Positions 16,738 to 26,067 of a stretch of 64,000 nucleotides of DNA are shown in pieces. The DNA is taken from contig JANMTS010000168.1 of the NCBI GenBank assembly GCA_031390755.1, positions 18,253-82,252 on the forward strand. Reading direction: 5' to 3'. A program made the position numbers and the translations under genes. Under the pieces are notes generated by a model, which had not been told where the DNA came from, did no database searches, and saw only the letters and a list, made by a program, of their open reading frames with translations. This DNA is from Holophagales bacterium (GTDB lineage: Bacteria; Acidobacteriota; Thermoanaerobaculia; Multivoradales; UBA5704). Position 1 is the first letter of the stretch. Every line of letters starts with the position of its first letter.

Positions 16738-17544
16738 CTACAGGATGAAGCCGCCGTCGATCACCAGATCGTGGCCGGTCACGAAACGCGCGTCGTCGGA
16801 AACCAGATAGAGGATGGCGCGGGCGATCTCCTCGGGCTCGGCGAAGCGGGTGCCGGGATCCTGGGCCTCCAGGGCCTTGTAGGCGCCTTCATCCGAGCCG
16901 GTCTTCTTGACGAGATCCTGGAAGAAGGGCATCGAGCTCCAGAGCGGCGTCTTCACTCCCCCGGGACAGACGGTGTTGACGCGGATGGGGACGCCCCGGT
17001 CGCGGTACTCCTTGGCCACGGTGCGGGAGAACATGCAGACCGCCGCCTTGCTGGCCGAGTACGCGCACGCTCCGGCCGAGGCCTTGAAGCCCGCGGCCGA
17101 CGAGACGTTGACGATGGCGCCGCCCGTCTCGGGCATGGCGCGCAGGGCGTGGCGCGTTCCCAGGAAGACGCCGTCCAGGTTGACCGCCATCACCCGGCGC
17201 CACTCGGCGAACGGCGTGTTCACCGTCGCCGCCGCGAACGCGATGCCGGCCGCGTGGACGGCGATGTCGAGATGCCCGTGCGCCGAGATCAGGCGCTCGA
17301 AGACGGACTCCCAGTCCGCCTCGACCGTCACATCCAGACGGCAGGGCACCGCGGACTCTCCGATCTCCTCTGCGATTTTCTGGGTGCCCTCCTCGTCACG
17401 GTCGGCACACCAGACCACCGCGCCCTGCTCCGCCAGCAGCCGCGCGGCCGCGGCTCCGATCCCCGAGGCCGCCCCGGTGACCAGGGCGGAACGCCCTTCC
17501 AGAATACCGATCCGTCCTTCCAGTGAACGCGCGCTCGTGCTCAT
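16738..17544 (-). CDS. Short-chain dehydrogenase/reductase (SDR)
   Basis: TGAASGIGAA cofactor motif and YSASKAA catalytic motif. Confidence 0.9.
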   Translation of the reverse strand: MSTSARSLEGRIGILEGRSALVTGAASGIGAAAARLLAEQGAVVWCADRDEEGTQKIAEEIGESAVPCRLDVTVEADWESVFERLISAHGHLDIAVHAAGIAFAAATVNTPFAEWRRVMAVNLDGVFLGTRHALRAMPETGGAIVNVSSAAGFKASAGACAYSASKAAVCMFSRTVAKEYRDRGVPIRVNTVCPGGVKTPLWSSMPFFQDLVKKTGSDEGAYKALEAQDPGTRFAEPEEIARAILYLVSDDARFVTGHDLVIDGGFIL

Positions 17545-17591
17545 CCCGATTCCCCCTCTCTGATCCTCGGGATTGTAGATAGGATCGGGCC

Positions 17592-19418
17592 ATGCGCGGA
17601 CACCTCAAGCTCTCCCGCTACTCCCTCTTCGTCTTCCTCGCCCTGGCGGCACTCGTCGAACCCGAGGCCCGCGTCTCCCGCTTCGGCGAGTACCGCGGGT
17701 ATTCGAGGCCGATCTACGACGGCTGGAAGCGCAGCTCGTTCTACATCTCGGCGCGCGACGGCACGAAGCTGGCGGTCGATCTGTTCCTGCCCACACGGGG
17801 CGGCAAGATCGCCGCCGATCCCCTGCCGGTGCTCTGGACCGCGCACCGCTACCGCCGGGCGGCGGTTCTGGGCGAAGGGGACGAGGGCAAGCTCTACACG
17901 ATCCTGGACTCCTTCGAATGGCTCCCCGAGGTCGTGCGGCACGGCTACGTCGTGGCCGCGGTGGACGTGCGCGGCTCGGGCGCGTCGTTCGGCACCTTCG
18001 GCGGCATGTTCACGCGCCGCGAGGCCGAGGACTCCTACGATGTGACGGAATGGCTGGGCGTGCAGCCGTGGTCGAACGGCAAGGTGGGGATGTTCGGCCG
18101 GTCGTATCTGGCGATCACGCAGTACATGGCGGCGAGCCAGCTACCGCCGCACCTCGCGGCGATCTTTCCCGAGGTGGCGATGGCCGACATGTACGCCCTG
18201 CTCTGGAACGGCGGCATCTTCCGCGCCCACTTCATCGAGACCTGGACGGCGCTGGTCCGGACCATGGACCTCCAAGACCCCGGACCACCGGTGGACGGTC
18301 CGGAAGGCGAGGCTCTGCTGAAAGCGGCGGTCGCCGAGCATCGGGGCAACCGCGACATGAGCGAGATCGCGAGGGCGCTCCCCTATCGCGACGGTCTCGA
18401 CCCGAAGACGGACAAGAAGCCCGGCGTCCGGCCCTACCTGGACTGGAGCCCGATCACCTACCGCGAGGACATCGAGCAGTCGGGCGTGGCGATCTATCAC
18501 CTCGGCGGCTGGTTCGACCGCTACGTGCGCGACCAGCTCGTCTTCTACCGCAACCTGGACAACCCGCAGCGGATCACGATCGGCCCCTGGTCGCACGTCC
18601 AGAGCGACGGCCTCGACTTCGCGGCCGAGCACCTGCGCTTCTACGACCGCTGGCTCAAAGGCATCCGCAACGGCATCGAGGACGAGGAGCCCGTCCACTA
18701 CTACACGATGGGAGCGCCCTGGGGTCAGGCCTGGAGGGCGGCGCGCCAGTGGCCGCTGCCGGAGCAGAAGCCGACGCCCTACTACTTCGGCGCCGAAGGC
18801 CGGCTCGTCCTCGAGAAACCGGCGACAGGAAAAACGACCGGGGAGGCCCGCGACACTCTGATCGTGGACGAGACCGCCAGCGTCTGGCCGGCTCCCCGCT
18901 GGTCCATGGAAGAGATATGGCCCGACGATCTCGCCGCGAACGACGCCAAGGGGCTGACCTACACCACGCCGCCGCTCGAAGCCGCGGTCGAGGTGACCGG
19001 CCACCCGGTCGTCCGGATCTGGCTCTCGACCGACGCGCCGGACGCCGACCTCTTCGTCTATCTGGAGGAGGTGGAGGCGAACGGCGTCTCGCGCTACGTG
19101 ACGGAGGGAGCCCTGCGCGCCTCGAACCGGGCCACCCATGATCCTGGCTACGACTACCTGGGCATGCCCTGGCACCGGGGCTTCGCCGCGGACCGCAAGC
19201 CGCTCTCGAAAAACGAGCCGGTCGAGCTGGCCTTCGACCTCTTCCCGACCTCGAAGCTCTTCGCCAAGGGAAACCGCATCCGCGTCACCGTGACCGGAGC
19301 CGACAAGGCCAACGCCGTAACCCCGAGCCGGACCCCGCCGCCGCGACTGATTCTGCACCGCGAGGAGGACCGGGCGTCGCAGATCGTGCTGCCGGTGATT
19401 CCGCGGCGGGCAGGGTGA
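17592..19418 (+). CDS. CocE/NonD family hydrolase (S15 X-Pro dipeptidyl-peptidase-like)
   Basis: Signal peptide, DGTKLAVDLFLP, VDVRGSGASFG and GMFGRSYLA (nucleophile elbow), plus a C-terminal beta-sandwich. Confidence 0.8.
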   Translation: MRGHLKLSRYSLFVFLALAALVEPEARVSRFGEYRGYSRPIYDGWKRSSFYISARDGTKLAVDLFLPTRGGKIAADPLPVLWTAHRYRRAAVLGEGDEGKLYTILDSFEWLPEVVRHGYVVAAVDVRGSGASFGTFGGMFTRREAEDSYDVTEWLGVQPWSNGKVGMFGRSYLAITQYMAASQLPPHLAAIFPEVAMADMYALLWNGGIFRAHFIETWTALVRTMDLQDPGPPVDGPEGEALLKAAVAEHRGNRDMSEIARALPYRDGLDPKTDKKPGVRPYLDWSPITYREDIEQSGVAIYHLGGWFDRYVRDQLVFYRNLDNPQRITIGPWSHVQSDGLDFAAEHLRFYDRWLKGIRNGIEDEEPVHYYTMGAPWGQAWRAARQWPLPEQKPTPYYFGAEGRLVLEKPATGKTTGEARDTLIVDETASVWPAPRWSMEEIWPDDLAANDAKGLTYTTPPLEAAVEVTGHPVVRIWLSTDAPDADLFVYLEEVEANGVSRYVTEGALRASNRATHDPGYDYLGMPWHRGFAADRKPLSKNEPVELAFDLFPTSKLFAKGNRIRVTVTGADKANAVTPSRTPPPRLILHREEDRASQIVLPVIPRRAG

Positions 19419-21007
19419 GGGAGCGCGGGGCTTTGAGCCGCCCGGGGCGTCCGAGACGCGCGACGCGCACCGCCCGGAAGACCGCCGGCCTTTCCCTTCT
19501 CGCCCTGTGCCTCGGCGCGATCCTGCTCGGGCGATGCGGCACGCTGCCGCCGCTCGAGAACCGGACCGTGTCCCGGGCTCCTGCCGACACGGGCGGGACC
19601 CGCCTCGGGAGGGCGGCCTCGCCCTTGGCCGCGGCCCATCCGGGCGTCTCCGGAATCCATCCGCTCCGCGACGCGCGCAACGCGTTCGCGGCGCGGTTCC
19701 TGCTGGCTCAGGCCGCCGAGCGGACTCTCGACGTCCAGTACTACATCTGGCGCAACGACCTGTCCGGCACGCTGCTGCTCAAGGCCCTTCTCGACGCGGC
19801 CGGGCGCGGCGTCCGCGTGCGCTTCCTGATGGACGACAACAGCACCGCCGGCCTCGACGAGACCCTCGCCGCGTTCGATGCCCATCCGAACGTCGAGGTG
19901 CGGCTGTTCAATCCTCTGGGAATCCGGAGGCCGCGCGTGCTCGGCTATCTCGCCGATCCGTTTCGCGTGAACCGGCGCATGCACAACAAGTCGTTCACCG
20001 CCGACAACCAGGTCACCATCGTCGGCGGGCGCAACGTCGGGGACGAATACTTCGGCGCCACCGACGGCGTGCTGTTCGCGGACCTCGACGCCATCGGCAT
20101 CGGTCCGGTCGTCGGCGAGGTCTCGGCCCAGTTCGACCGCTATTGGGCGAGCGAATCGGCCTATCCCGCCGACCGGCTGCTGCCGCCCGCCGAGCAGCTC
20201 GCGGCGCCCGCCTCGACGATCGACGATCCCGCGGCCGTGGCCTACTTGAAAGCGATCCACGACTCGCCTTTCGTCCGCGAGCTGATCGACGGGACGTTGC
20301 CGCTCGAATGGGCCGCGACGCGCACGATCAGCGATGATCCGGCCAAGGCGCTGGGCAAGGCCGCGCGCGAGACGCTGCTGTTCCAGCAGATGGGAACGAT
20401 CTTCGGCACGCCAGCGGCGCAAGTCGACCTGGTGTCGCCCTATTTCGTGCCCGCCTCGGAAGGCACCCGCATGTTCGTGGACTGGGCGAAACAGGGAGTG
20501 AAGGTGAGGGTGCTCACCAATTCGCTGGAGGCCACGGACAGCGCCGCCGTCCACTCCAGCTATGCGAGGCGGCGCAAGCCTCTGCTCCTGGCCGGCGTCA
20601 CGCTTTTCGAGCTGCGCCGGTCGACCGGCGATCAACCCGGCGCTCCGTCCAAGGGCTCCAGCCTGCCGGGCAGCTCGGGTTCGAGCCTGCACGCCAAGAC
20701 GTTCGCGGTCGACCGGTCGCGGGTCTTCATCGGCTCGTTCAATTTCGACCCCCGCTCGGCGGAGCTCAACACCGAGATGGGTTTCGTGATCGAAAGCCCG
20801 GAGCTGGCCCGGCAGATGGCGGCCGTGTTCGACACCAGCGTCCCCGGGAATGCGTATGAGCTCCAGCTCTCGGATTCCGGGCAGCTGGCCTGGATCGAGC
20901 ACCGGGAGGGAGCCTCGATCCGTCACGACACCGAGCCCGGCACGAGCGTCCGGCGGCGCGCGTGGGTCTGGTTCCTCTCGAAGCTGCCGATCGAAGGGCT
21001 CCTGTGA
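19415..21007 (+). CDS. Phospholipase D family protein (two HKD motifs)
   Basis: HNKSFTADN and LHAKTFAVD HKD motifs. The GTG start overlaps the upstream stop; the true start may be downstream. Confidence 0.85.
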   Translation: MRERGALSRPGRPRRATRTARKTAGLSLLALCLGAILLGRCGTLPPLENRTVSRAPADTGGTRLGRAASPLAAAHPGVSGIHPLRDARNAFAARFLLAQAAERTLDVQYYIWRNDLSGTLLLKALLDAAGRGVRVRFLMDDNSTAGLDETLAAFDAHPNVEVRLFNPLGIRRPRVLGYLADPFRVNRRMHNKSFTADNQVTIVGGRNVGDEYFGATDGVLFADLDAIGIGPVVGEVSAQFDRYWASESAYPADRLLPPAEQLAAPASTIDDPAAVAYLKAIHDSPFVRELIDGTLPLEWAATRTISDDPAKALGKAARETLLFQQMGTIFGTPAAQVDLVSPYFVPASEGTRMFVDWAKQGVKVRVLTNSLEATDSAAVHSSYARRRKPLLLAGVTLFELRRSTGDQPGAPSKGSSLPGSSGSSLHAKTFAVDRSRVFIGSFNFDPRSAELNTEMGFVIESPELARQMAAVFDTSVPGNAYELQLSDSGQLAWIEHREGASIRHDTEPGTSVRRRAWVWFLSKLPIEGLL

Positions 21008-21047
21008 GGGCCGCGGCCCCGGAACGATTGATCCGGCAGCCTGCCGC

Positions 21048-21076
21048 TTGACTTACGCCTCCTCCGACTCTAGGCT
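21048..21076 (+). promoter_or_regulatory. Sigma-70-like promoter candidate
   Basis: TTGACT - 17 nt - TAGGCT, about 40 nt upstream of ATG 21115. Confidence 0.3.
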
Positions 21077-21114
21077 CGACATGACTACGAAGAAAGACTT
21101 CCTGGAGATATGAG

Positions 21115-21906
21115 ATGAGCGACCATTCGAGTATCGAGTGGACGGATGCAACATGGAATCCGGTCCGGGGATGCACCAAGATCAGCTCGGGCTGTGCGCA
21201 CTGCTATGCCGAGACGTTCGCTGAACGCTTCCGCGGCGTTCCCGGTCATCCTTATGAGCAAGGATTCGACCTCAGATTCGTCCCCGAGAAGCTGGCTCAG
21301 CCCTTGGAGTGGCGAAGCCCGCGGATGATCTTCGTGAATTCGATGAGCGACCTCTTCCATGAGGACGTCCCAGAGGATTACGTCGCGAAGGTGACGCGCG
21401 TGATGCAGTTGGCGAACTGGCACACCTATCAGGTGCTGACGAAGCGGTCGGAGCGCCTGAGGGACGTGCTGAGCACGACGCTCAAGTCCCTGGCCGGGGA
21501 GCCGCATATCTGGTGGGGGGTGAGTGTAGAGAACCGGAATCAGGGCCTGCCCAGAATCGAGCACCTCCGGGACTCTCCCGCTGCAGTCCGCTTTCTCTCC
21601 ATCGAGCCGTTGCTGGAATCCCTCGGGACCCTCGACCTGAGCGGGATCGACTGGGTGATCCTCGGCGGAGAAAGCGGTCCGGGGGCTCGTCCTCTCGAAG
21701 AGTCCTGGGTGTTGGAGATCCGGGAGCAGTGCCAAGCCGCGAAGGTGCCCTTCTTCTTCAAGCAGTGGGGAGGCAAGCGCAAGTCCCGGACTGGAAGAGA
21801 GCTCCAAGGGCGAACCTACGACGAGATTCCCCGCCGCGTAAACCGCAGTGTTATGGGGCCGGCCGCGATCCAGAAGGCCCTGGCGGAAGTGCAGGCCTTT
21901 TGCTGA
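21115..21906 (+). CDS. DUF5131 / phage Gp37-Gp68 family protein (three-Cys motif)
   Basis: The N-terminus SIEWTDATWNPVRGCTKISSGCAHCYAE is the family hallmark (C-x6-C-x2-C). Later segments are FVNSMSDLFH, SIEPLL and ILGGESG. Confidence 0.85.
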   Translation: MSDHSSIEWTDATWNPVRGCTKISSGCAHCYAETFAERFRGVPGHPYEQGFDLRFVPEKLAQPLEWRSPRMIFVNSMSDLFHEDVPEDYVAKVTRVMQLANWHTYQVLTKRSERLRDVLSTTLKSLAGEPHIWWGVSVENRNQGLPRIEHLRDSPAAVRFLSIEPLLESLGTLDLSGIDWVILGGESGPGARPLEESWVLEIREQCQAAKVPFFFKQWGGKRKSRTGRELQGRTYDEIPRRVNRSVMGPAAIQKALAEVQAFC

Positions 21907-21916
21907 GGAGACGCCA

Positions 21917-22807
21917 TTGGCACAAGCCCATCGATTCGGAGGAAATTGGACCAATGAGAAGCTAAAGCTGCTGGGTGAGTATCTCAAGGCCTACACTCAA
22001 ATCTTCACGGCCAATGAGAGGGCGTCCTTTTTCACCACGACCTATGTCGATGCCTTTGCCGGAACTGGATCCCGCTCCTCCTCCAGCGCTGGCCCGACGG
22101 AACCAAGCCTGTTCGATCATGACGCCGAAGGATTTCAGAAGGGGAGTGCTCGGATCGCCCTGGAGAACGAGCCTCCCTTCGACCGCTTCCTCTTCATCGA
22201 GAGGAAGGCCGACTTTGCCCGCCAGCTCCGCGAATTGAGAGAGCTATTCCCCGAGAAGGTGGACAGAATCCAAGTTCTCCATGGAGAGGCCAATCGATGC
22301 CTCTGCGATTGGGCTTCCAAGACCAACTGGCAACAGAATCGAGCGGTAGTCTTTCTCGATCCGTATGGGATGGAGGTCGAGTGGGCAACCATCGAGGCAT
22401 TGGCCAAGACTCGTGGAGTCGACCTCTGGATTCTCTTCCCACTGGGCCAGGCCGTGAATCGGCTACTGACTACTACGCCGCCCGAGGGGCCATGGGCCAC
22501 CAAGCTGACGCGCTTCTTCGGCACGGAGGAATGGCGACAGGCCTTCTACAAGACACCGGATCAATTAGGACTTTTCCCCACAGGCGACCAGCTGGAGCGA
22601 GATGCCGACTATGACGCCATTGGGGCCTTCTTTCTTGATCGGCTGCGCGGAATCTTTGCGGGCGTGAGCCCCTTCACTCGCCCGCTTCGCAACTCGCGAG
22701 GTATCCCCATCTACTTGCTTTGTTTCGCCGCAGCCAATGAGAAGGGAGCCCGCCCGGCCATCAACATCGCCAACTACCTGTTGAAGCCTCAGTCGCCCGC
22801 CGAATAG
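21917..22807 (+). CDS. Three-Cys-motif partner protein TcmP-like
   Basis: TTG 21917 lies 7 nt after GAGGAG (ORF track start 21848 overlaps the upstream gene). FGGNWTNEKLKLLGEYLKAYTQIF...YVDAFAGTG matches my recollection of TIGR04474, which accompanies DUF5131 genes. Confidence 0.65.
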   Translation: MAQAHRFGGNWTNEKLKLLGEYLKAYTQIFTANERASFFTTTYVDAFAGTGSRSSSSAGPTEPSLFDHDAEGFQKGSARIALENEPPFDRFLFIERKADFARQLRELRELFPEKVDRIQVLHGEANRCLCDWASKTNWQQNRAVVFLDPYGMEVEWATIEALAKTRGVDLWILFPLGQAVNRLLTTTPPEGPWATKLTRFFGTEEWRQAFYKTPDQLGLFPTGDQLERDADYDAIGAFFLDRLRGIFAGVSPFTRPLRNSRGIPIYLLCFAAANEKGARPAINIANYLLKPQSPAE

Positions 22808-23340
22808 AGGAAGCTCGCCGCCATCTCTCCAGCCGGCGATCCGTTCTCGATTCGGCGCAGCGTTCCCTGGAGCGCGATGCCCTGGGGGACGACGACCGGC
22901 ATCTCGCCGGGCTGCTGGAAGTCTCCCTCGAAGGCGTAGGAGACGCCCTTGATCGCCTCGGTCGTGAAGGTGAGATGGAGACCTTCGATGCGCGGTGAGA
23001 CGAGCTTGAAGTCCGTGCCTCCGGCGTCCGGCTTCATCCGGATGAAGCCGTAGAGGGGGACGGTGACCATCTCGTCTCCCTTCATGTCGAACGTGGACAG
23101 GTGGAGATGGTCGATCGGCTTCGCCCAGTCCGCCAGCGGCGTGGTGTCATCGAGAATGTAGTAGCCGAAGGGATCGGTGACGGCCGATACCGCCGGGGCA
23201 GGCGCGGCGGCCGGCGCGGGCTCCGGGGCGGTGGCCGGAGAAGCCTCTGCGGGCGCAGGGGCCTGGGCGTCCCCTCCGCAGCCGAGGACGGACAGCAGAA
23301 GGACGGCTACGGCGGGCCTAAGAATTCCCTGCATTCTCAT
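22789..23340 (-). CDS. Hypothetical lipoprotein
   Basis: Lipobox LLSVLGC, a Pro/Ala-rich linker, then a beta-rich domain. No family recognised. Confidence 0.6.
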   Translation of the reverse strand: MRMQGILRPAVAVLLLSVLGCGGDAQAPAPAEASPATAPEPAPAAAPAPAVSAVTDPFGYYILDDTTPLADWAKPIDHLHLSTFDMKGDEMVTVPLYGFIRMKPDAGGTDFKLVSPRIEGLHLTFTTEAIKGVSYAFEGDFQQPGEMPVVVPQGIALQGTLRRIENGSPAGEMAASFLYSAGD

Positions 23341-23439
23341 GGATTTCCTCTCTGATCAGTCGTGAGCCCTGCCACCGAACCTACGCGGTCCGATACGGGC
23401 GCATGTTACGCTTCAATCAACTCTATACGGAGGTGGAGC

Positions 23440-24681
23440 ATGCCGGAAACTTCGCCCTGGGGAATGGTCATCCATTGGCCGAACGAGCACCTGATCGACG
23501 TGCTGCACCGGGGAGGAGTCCAGTGGATCCGCGTCGGAACGGCCTGGAACCCTGACCTCAACCGTTACGAATGGGGCTCCGCCGACCTGCTGGTGAGCTA
23601 TGCCGTCCGCCGCGGCATGAGTGTCTACCTGGGCCTCGACCCGATGGCCCCCGCCGACCGGTGGAAAGGTTTCGTGACCGAGGCGATCAATCGCTACCAC
23701 CCCCGGGTCACGCATTTCCACATCGGCAACGAGCCGAACGACCTCAGGTTCTTCCCTCCCGGCAAGGAGGTGTACGTGCAGCGCCTCGAAGCGGCGGTGA
23801 AGGCCGTGAAGGAGCACCCCCGCGGCAACCAGGTCAAGGTCTGCGGTCCCGAGCTGGCCATCGGCGCGCCGGATCCCTTCCCGCACATCCACAACAGGGC
23901 GTTCTTCAAACGCTGCCTCGAAGCCGCGAGGAACGCCGGCCGGCCGCTGGACGTTGCCTCCCTTCATGGCTACACCGGAACCGGCAAGGAGCCGAGCACG
24001 CTTCTCAACGCCCTGCAGCCCTACCGCGACATCGCCCGCGCGTTCGATCCGAACCTCCCGCTCTGGCTGACGGAGACCGGCTTCACCTCGACGGGAACGA
24101 CGAGCGGCAACGGCGCTCATCTCAAGTGGCTGGCCGCCAGGATCGGCAACCAGCCGGATCAATGGCTGCGGAAGGTCTTCTTCTTCGTCTGGAGCGAGCA
24201 TGAGTCGCCGGACCCGGCCAGTCCGCAAGGCAAGTACAAGTGGCTCGACCGCGCCCTCAATCCGCTGCCGGGGTTGTGGCCGGCCTACCAGGAGGTCATT
24301 CCCGAAACCTTCCCCCCTGTCACCCCCGACTATGATGCCGAGCTCCAGGTCGTCAGCATGCCGGAGGCCGTGAAGCCCGGAGTCCAGCGCCGCGGGACGA
24401 TCACCGCGACCAACCGCGGCGGCAAGGATTGGGCCGCCGGCACGGTCGCCCTGGTCTTCCTCGATCCGGGCTCCTTGGAGACGGCAACGTCGCAACCCAT
24501 TCCGGGAGCCGTACCGCGCGGAGCGTCGTACACGTTTGCCTTCGACTTCGTGGCCCTGGGAGTCGCTCCGGAGGTTCTCGACTGCCGGTGGGAGTTGCGG
24601 AACCAGAACCTGCCGTTCGGTTTCGCCCGGCGGGCCCGGGTCTCCATCCGCCTCCAGGAACGCACTCCCCCCACCCCTTGA
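23440..24681 (+). CDS. Glycoside hydrolase-like TIM-barrel protein (clan GH-A signatures) with C-terminal Ig-like domain
   Basis: ATG 23440 follows GGAGGTGGAG. HIGNEPN (acid/base Glu) and LWLTETGF (nucleophile Glu) are spaced as in GH-A enzymes. Confidence 0.55.
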   Translation: MPETSPWGMVIHWPNEHLIDVLHRGGVQWIRVGTAWNPDLNRYEWGSADLLVSYAVRRGMSVYLGLDPMAPADRWKGFVTEAINRYHPRVTHFHIGNEPNDLRFFPPGKEVYVQRLEAAVKAVKEHPRGNQVKVCGPELAIGAPDPFPHIHNRAFFKRCLEAARNAGRPLDVASLHGYTGTGKEPSTLLNALQPYRDIARAFDPNLPLWLTETGFTSTGTTSGNGAHLKWLAARIGNQPDQWLRKVFFFVWSEHESPDPASPQGKYKWLDRALNPLPGLWPAYQEVIPETFPPVTPDYDAELQVVSMPEAVKPGVQRRGTITATNRGGKDWAAGTVALVFLDPGSLETATSQPIPGAVPRGASYTFAFDFVALGVAPEVLDCRWELRNQNLPFGFARRARVSIRLQERTPPTP

Positions 24682-24719
24682 GGGTGCGCGGCGCCGGTCA
24701 TCCGGGATAGTCTTTTCTC

Positions 24720-26042
24720 ATGACGAAGCACGCTCCCCTCGACCTTACCGGGCTGGCGAAGGATGCCGGCTCTGCCTCCTCCAACCGGGTGGGCACCATG
24801 GCGGGCGCCCTGATCGGCTCGGAGATCCTTCGCATCGCGGGGGAGATCCGGGCTCTCAAGGCCTCCGGGCGGCCCATCTGTGACCTGACGGTCGGCGACT
24901 TCGCTCCCGGCCAGTTCCCGATTCCGAAGAGGCTCGCGGCGGGCATCCATGAGGCCATCGACCACGGCGAGACCAACTATCCGCCGTCGAGCGGCATCGC
25001 GCCGCTTCGCGAGGCGGTGCTGCGGCTCTACGAGCGCGACCTGGGCCTCCGCTATCCCGTCGAGTCGGTGCTGATCGCGGGCGGCGCGCGGCCGGTCATC
25101 TATTGCATCTTCCGCACGGTCTGCGACCCGGGCGACCGGGTGGTCTACCCGGTGCCGAGCTGGAACAACAACCACTACATCCACATGGTCGGCGCGGTGG
25201 GCGTGCCCGTGGTGTGCCGGCCCGAGGATCGGTTCCTTCCCACCCGCGAGGGCCTGGCCGGCAAGCTGGCGGGCGCGCGGCTGCTCTGCCTCAACACGCC
25301 GCTCAACCCGACCGGAACGGCGATCGAGCGCGGCGCGCTGCTCGGGATCTGCGAGGCGGTGATGGAGGAGAACGCGGGCCGGCAGGCGCGCGGCGAGCGT
25401 CCTCTCTATCTGCTGTACGACCACATCTACTGGATGCTGCGCTTCGGAAACGTCGAGCACATCACGCCGCCGGAGCTGATCCCCGAGATCACGCCCTACA
25501 CGCTGTTCGTGGACGGCATCAGCAAGAGTTTCGCGGCGACCGGGCTGCGGGTCGGCTGGGGCGTCGGGCCGGTGGACGTGATCTCGCGGATGTCCGCGGT
25601 GCTGGGCCACGTGGGCGCCTGGGCGCCGCGGGCCGAGCAGGTGGCGACCGTGGAGCTGCTCGACGACCCGGCGGCGATCCGGGAGTACCACGTCGGGTTC
25701 CTCGGCGGTCTCCAGGAGCGCCTCGACAAGCTGCACGCGGGAATCCAGGTGATGAAGGGGAGCGGGCTGCCGGTGGAGAGCATCCCGCCGATGGGCGCGA
25801 TCTATCTCACGGCCCGGCTGCATCCGTTCGGCAAGACGACGCCGTCGGGCCAGACGCTGCGCACGAACGACGACGTGCGGCGCTACGTGCTGGACGCGGC
25901 GGGGATCGGCCTCGTGCCGTTCCAGGCGTTCGGGTCCACCGAGGACGAGGGCTGGTTCCGGCTGAGCGTGGGCGCGGCCTCCCTGGCCGAGATCGACGCG
26001 GCGCTGCCCCGGCTGGATCAGGCGTTCCGCCAGCTGACCTGA
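24720..26042 (+). CDS. Class I/II pyridoxal-phosphate aminotransferase
   Basis: PLP-lysine motif SKSFAATGLRVGW, with NPTG and YDHIY segments. Confidence 0.88.
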   Translation: MTKHAPLDLTGLAKDAGSASSNRVGTMAGALIGSEILRIAGEIRALKASGRPICDLTVGDFAPGQFPIPKRLAAGIHEAIDHGETNYPPSSGIAPLREAVLRLYERDLGLRYPVESVLIAGGARPVIYCIFRTVCDPGDRVVYPVPSWNNNHYIHMVGAVGVPVVCRPEDRFLPTREGLAGKLAGARLLCLNTPLNPTGTAIERGALLGICEAVMEENAGRQARGERPLYLLYDHIYWMLRFGNVEHITPPELIPEITPYTLFVDGISKSFAATGLRVGWGVGPVDVISRMSAVLGHVGAWAPRAEQVATVELLDDPAAIREYHVGFLGGLQERLDKLHAGIQVMKGSGLPVESIPPMGAIYLTARLHPFGKTTPSGQTLRTNDDVRRYVLDAAGIGLVPFQAFGSTEDEGWFRLSVGAASLAEIDAALPRLDQAFRQLT

Positions 26043-26067
26043 GCTCCTGAAAAAAACGGGGACTGCG

